Source: Amoebophrya sp. A120 (lineage: Eukaryota; Protista; Dinoflagellata). From it: DNA of 64,000 nucleotides. Both the position numbers and the translations under genes were made by a program. Of the stretch, positions 60,643-64,000 are shown piece after piece. Numbering within the stretch: the first letter of the stretch is position 1; each line of letters starts with the position of its first letter. The DNA lies in NCBI GenBank assembly GCA_905178155.1, contig CAJINV010000014.1, positions 1,229,858-1,293,857 on the forward strand, in the 5' to 3' direction. The notes beneath the pieces are model-generated. The model did no database searches. It was not told the origin of the DNA and saw only the letters and a program-made list of their open reading frames with translations.

Positions 60643-61500
60643 ATGAATTTCGAACATGAATTTCAAGGCGCAGAGCGACCCCATTCATCAACAAGAACAA
60701 ATCCGGAAACGCGAGAATGCAACTCCTCTGTTGTCGGCGGGGGAAGTGGAAGTGCAAGTTCAAACCCTTCATCACCATCCACACATTCGAATACTCCATC
60801 AACATCCAGGTCGTCCATTAACAAATCCAAATCGCACGCCGAACAAAAAAATGGAACCCGAACCCCCGATCAACGCGATGAACTCTCCGACGGTAGCCGC
60901 GCATTGACTCCCCCCAGTCCTTACGCGAAGCGTGGGAAAGTGTTTCGTGTGTTTGAGGAGAAAGGATTTGGGTTCGTGCAGCCTGTAGAATTTTTCGAGA
61001 ATACAACACCGAAGGCGAAGGCACTCACGCAGACTCAGTGGGAGGACGTGCCAGATTCAGCAACAGCCCTAGCAGCTGCCACAGGAAAAACTACCACTAG
61101 CAACGGAGGAGTCCTGTCCCGACATTTTGTTCGCCAAAATGACAGTGACAATCTGTATTTCAATCTTTCCGAGTGTGTCGATCGGAAAGTCAAGAAAAAC
61201 GACCTGATCTGGTACGAGGAAGCTCCGAACGCACGCTACGGTATGAAAAACATTGCCGTGCGGATTATCGGCGGCACGGGACAGGAAAGGAAAGTTCGAG
61301 GGAAGTACGGACCGAAGCAGGATCCGAGGATTTATAACTCGGCCGACAAGAACGCGGACGAGCTGTCGGAAGCGGAATTAAAAGCCCGCGCGCTTGCGGA
61401 AGCGGAGTCTCGACTGTCGTTTCAGCTGGGCCGCGCTGCATTGCTGGCGGACGCCACCGCGGAAAAGGACAAGAAGGGTGTAGGGAGGAGGAAGAGGTGA
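60643..61500 (+). CDS. Cold-shock-domain (OB-fold) nucleic-acid-binding protein (ORF is open from 60355)
   Basis: KRGKVFRVFEEKGFGFVQP (RNP1) ... DNLYFNLSEC (RNP2) ... KKNDLIWYEE...NIAVRI. ATG chosen at 60643; start uncertain. Confidence 0.75.
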   Translation: MNFEHEFQGAERPHSSTRTNPETRECNSSVVGGGSGSASSNPSSPSTHSNTPSTSRSSINKSKSHAEQKNGTRTPDQRDELSDGSRALTPPSPYAKRGKVFRVFEEKGFGFVQPVEFFENTTPKAKALTQTQWEDVPDSATALAAATGKTTTSNGGVLSRHFVRQNDSDNLYFNLSECVDRKVKKNDLIWYEEAPNARYGMKNIAVRIIGGTGQERKVRGKYGPKQDPRIYNSADKNADELSEAELKARALAEAESRLSFQLGRAALLADATAEKDKKGVGRRKR

Positions 61501-62110
61501 TAGTAGGATGTTGACGCTTGTTGGTTTCTGAACGAACCAGGGGAAGCAAGTCGAGATCAAAAAGTGAAGTAGAACTCAGGTAACATAGCATGTCGTATGA
61601 GTGTCGTTGTGAAATAAATTGTTTGCTGCACGACGAGCAGCTGCAGCTGGTCCTGCTAGAGTATAAAAAAAAAGAACCACCGGAGCGCCTGTTTTATTTC
61701 ACTTGCGAGGCCCTATTCTAAGGCTGGCCTACCTTTGTTTTCTATTGATCGACTGTCGTGAAGTGGACAGTTGTATTATGGATTCGTTGCATCGTTATCG
61801 TTTTCGTTTTCATCGTCTTGAGCGGATGGTGGAAAACCGACTGGACAGGGCTGATTCGTTGAAGAGCATATCGCTTTTTTCTAAAACAGGGACAGCATGG
61901 AACAATTGAGGCACTCTCGCTCTGAAAATTTCGTGTTTCCTTCGAGCAGTGTCAAGATATGCATCGCCCAGAAACGTAAAAAGTCTCGACTGCGGAATGC
62001 ATACGGTTCATCTCGCCTTTTAGAGTAAGAAAGTAGAGATGCGATGAAGAAGTCCAACTTGGATTTTCATCTAGCAGATTCTAAATGAACTACTAGGGAT
62101 AGGAATAGCT

Positions 62111-64000
62111 ATGGCCTCCACAACCTCCACGTCGATTGCAGCCAACAACACGTCTTTGCCCCTCATCCGCGGTCTCTTGGACCAACTGCAGGCGCACATC
62201 GAGGAGTATTCCATGAGTACCAACCGCACCCGGTGGAAACGGTTGAAAAACGACATCATCCTCAAAGACCAGGATTACGAGCAGGCACTGAAGCGACTAG
62301 ATCCCAAGAAGGGCGACTATGCATTGCAAATATGTCTGGGTCTGGAAAAATGCCAGGTTTGTCATGCTCTGCTAGCATGACTGTCAACGTCAAGTCTGTC
62401 ATGCAAGGTACCCACAAGCGCCACTTTTGTGTCATGCAAAAACCCAGCACCAGCTTCTCATGCAGAATAGGCAACACCAAGCGACTCAAAAACCTGTCAT
62501 GCTGAGCCGGCATTCCTGGCGTTCTCTTGATTCGCCAACCAGCATCAGAAGTTTCAGACCCAGACACATTTGCATTTCATAGCGACCTGGAAGTCCCGAC
62601 GTTCGTTGAGGCCCAGTTGAAGGACGACCTATCGGCGCTGGGCACCGTGGCGGCGGATGTCGCTGGGCACAGTTTTTTGTAACCTCTAAAGGCACGCTTG
62701 ATGAACTTGTTAGCTGTACCAATTCAAGAACAAATCTGCGTTTTTTTTGCAACCCGGAAGAGCGTAGTAGAACAAGGACAAGCTGGTTGGTACCGGTCGT
62801 CACCTCCGGAGTTGTGCACGACTTGACACCGATCCTGAAAATGCCAGTTTTGGCTCACCATAATTTGATGACCAATCACGACGCGGTCGAAAATTTCTCA
62901 TTTGGAATCCGAATTCAACAAGAGCTGTTGACCACAACGAAGCCTCTTCTACATAAACCGGCTCGATTTTTTTCAAGAGCAGCCAGCTCTTTTGCGGACC
63001 AGGACGGTGCCGCTGGTGATGCTGTAGACAACAACGTTGCCGCAGGCGAAAGCAGCACAGTGGGTGCCCAGGCAGGGGATGGAACTACAGGAGATGCGGC
63101 TTCGCCTACCCCCGCTCCTTTCTTCATCGACCCCGTCGACGGGAAGCGTACGTCGATGGAATTGAAGCAGTTTCCGGACAAAATCCCCTCTGTGATCTCC
63201 CCGTTGGACAACGTCCGGATAAAGCAAGTCTTTAACGTTCTCGGAAACAAGGCGATCACTTCCGCAGAGGAAGCGACGACAAACGAAAACACATCTGGGT
63301 GGCCGAAGAATTTCTGGAAGAAGTTCAACCAGCTGGTGCTCTCGAATGTGTGGAACGATTTCAAGGCGGCGTGTCAAGCCGGAAAGCTGGACAAGAAGGG
63401 CAAAAATAACACCCCCCTCGGGTGGGCGCCGCGCATCGAGGAAAAGAAGATGCAGATGGCCGAGGGGTGCGAAGTCATTTACCAGAGCTTGAAGAACAGG
63501 ATCGGGAAAGCGAAGGATTTAGTGGTTGGAAAACAGGACTACTTTGCGGTGCCCGGTGACCCAGTGGAGGAGTTCAACACCCCTGGAGGCGGGGGAGCAG
63601 AAGACGAACCACCGGTGAGTTTCTCGATCGATCCCTCTGAAGATGAGGGGGCAAGAACATCAGAAGTAGAACAAGCAGGACGAGGACCTTTTTACTACCC
63701 GGTTCTCCAGGGCCCGAACCAATTCCACAAGTTGTGTATGCCGGGCGGCGGCGACAAATCCTGGCTCGTGAACTTGGAACGCACCTGCAACGCCTACCAC
63801 AAGGAGCGGCAGGCGGAGTTGCAGGCCGAGGAGCCGGCACCGGAGGACGTTTTCCGGAATCCGGAATTGGCGAGCGCCGACGCGTCGCCGGCAGCTGTGG
63901 CGGAAAAGGAGGCGAAGAAGGAAGAATTCCGGAAGAGCATGGCGAAGATCCACGACGCCGGCGGGGGTCAGGTGGAAAAGCCGCTAGCGTCCTCTTCTTC
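62111..64000 (+). CDS. Unknown protein truncated by the window end; interrupted by one family-A element and probably a second short intron (~62677-62748)
   Basis: ORF 62111 continues KKGD|LEVPTFVE after element removal and then meets a stop at ~62680; another + frame is open from ~62750 to the end of the window. Confidence 0.6.
62318..62581. mobile_element. Family-A TIR/DR element, 264 bp, DR gcgac; opposite orientation to the related 28354 copy
   Basis: gcgac|tatgcattgcaaatatgtctgggtctgg...tcagacccagacacatttgcatttcata|gcgac. Confidence 0.88.

Overview
Eukaryotic genomic window with one ~100-N scaffold gap (2758-2857). Every gene I can support is on the + strand. Genes: a partial EF-hand gene, a single-pass membrane protein with a Tox-ART-HYD1-like ADP-ribosyltransferase domain, CstF-64/Rna15, a giant intact-looking single-ORF APE+RT non-LTR retrotransposon, a CaaX-ending tandem TerD protein, a ~2300-aa protein with two TrmY-like SPOUT units, three tandem CPA1 Na+/H+ exchanger paralogs, a cold-shock-domain protein and a truncated unknown gene. 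The dominant signal is a set of ~19 short (148-339 bp) elements that start TAY and end RTA, carry terminal inverted repeats (TIRs) and are flanked by 5-bp direct repeats (DRs). Eighteen interrupt coding sequence, and removing an element plus one DR copy restores the frame, in several cases exactly matching the uninterrupted paralog. The 11 perfect-DR copies have no GT/GC-AG boundary in any register, and related copies sit in both orientations. They therefore look like orientation-independent, hairpin-defined non-canonical introns (introners) or DNA-excised IES-like elements. The pattern resembles the invasive non-canonical introns reported for the parasitic dinoflagellate Amoebophrya; that organism assignment is my inference. 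All coordinates and alignments were done by eye.
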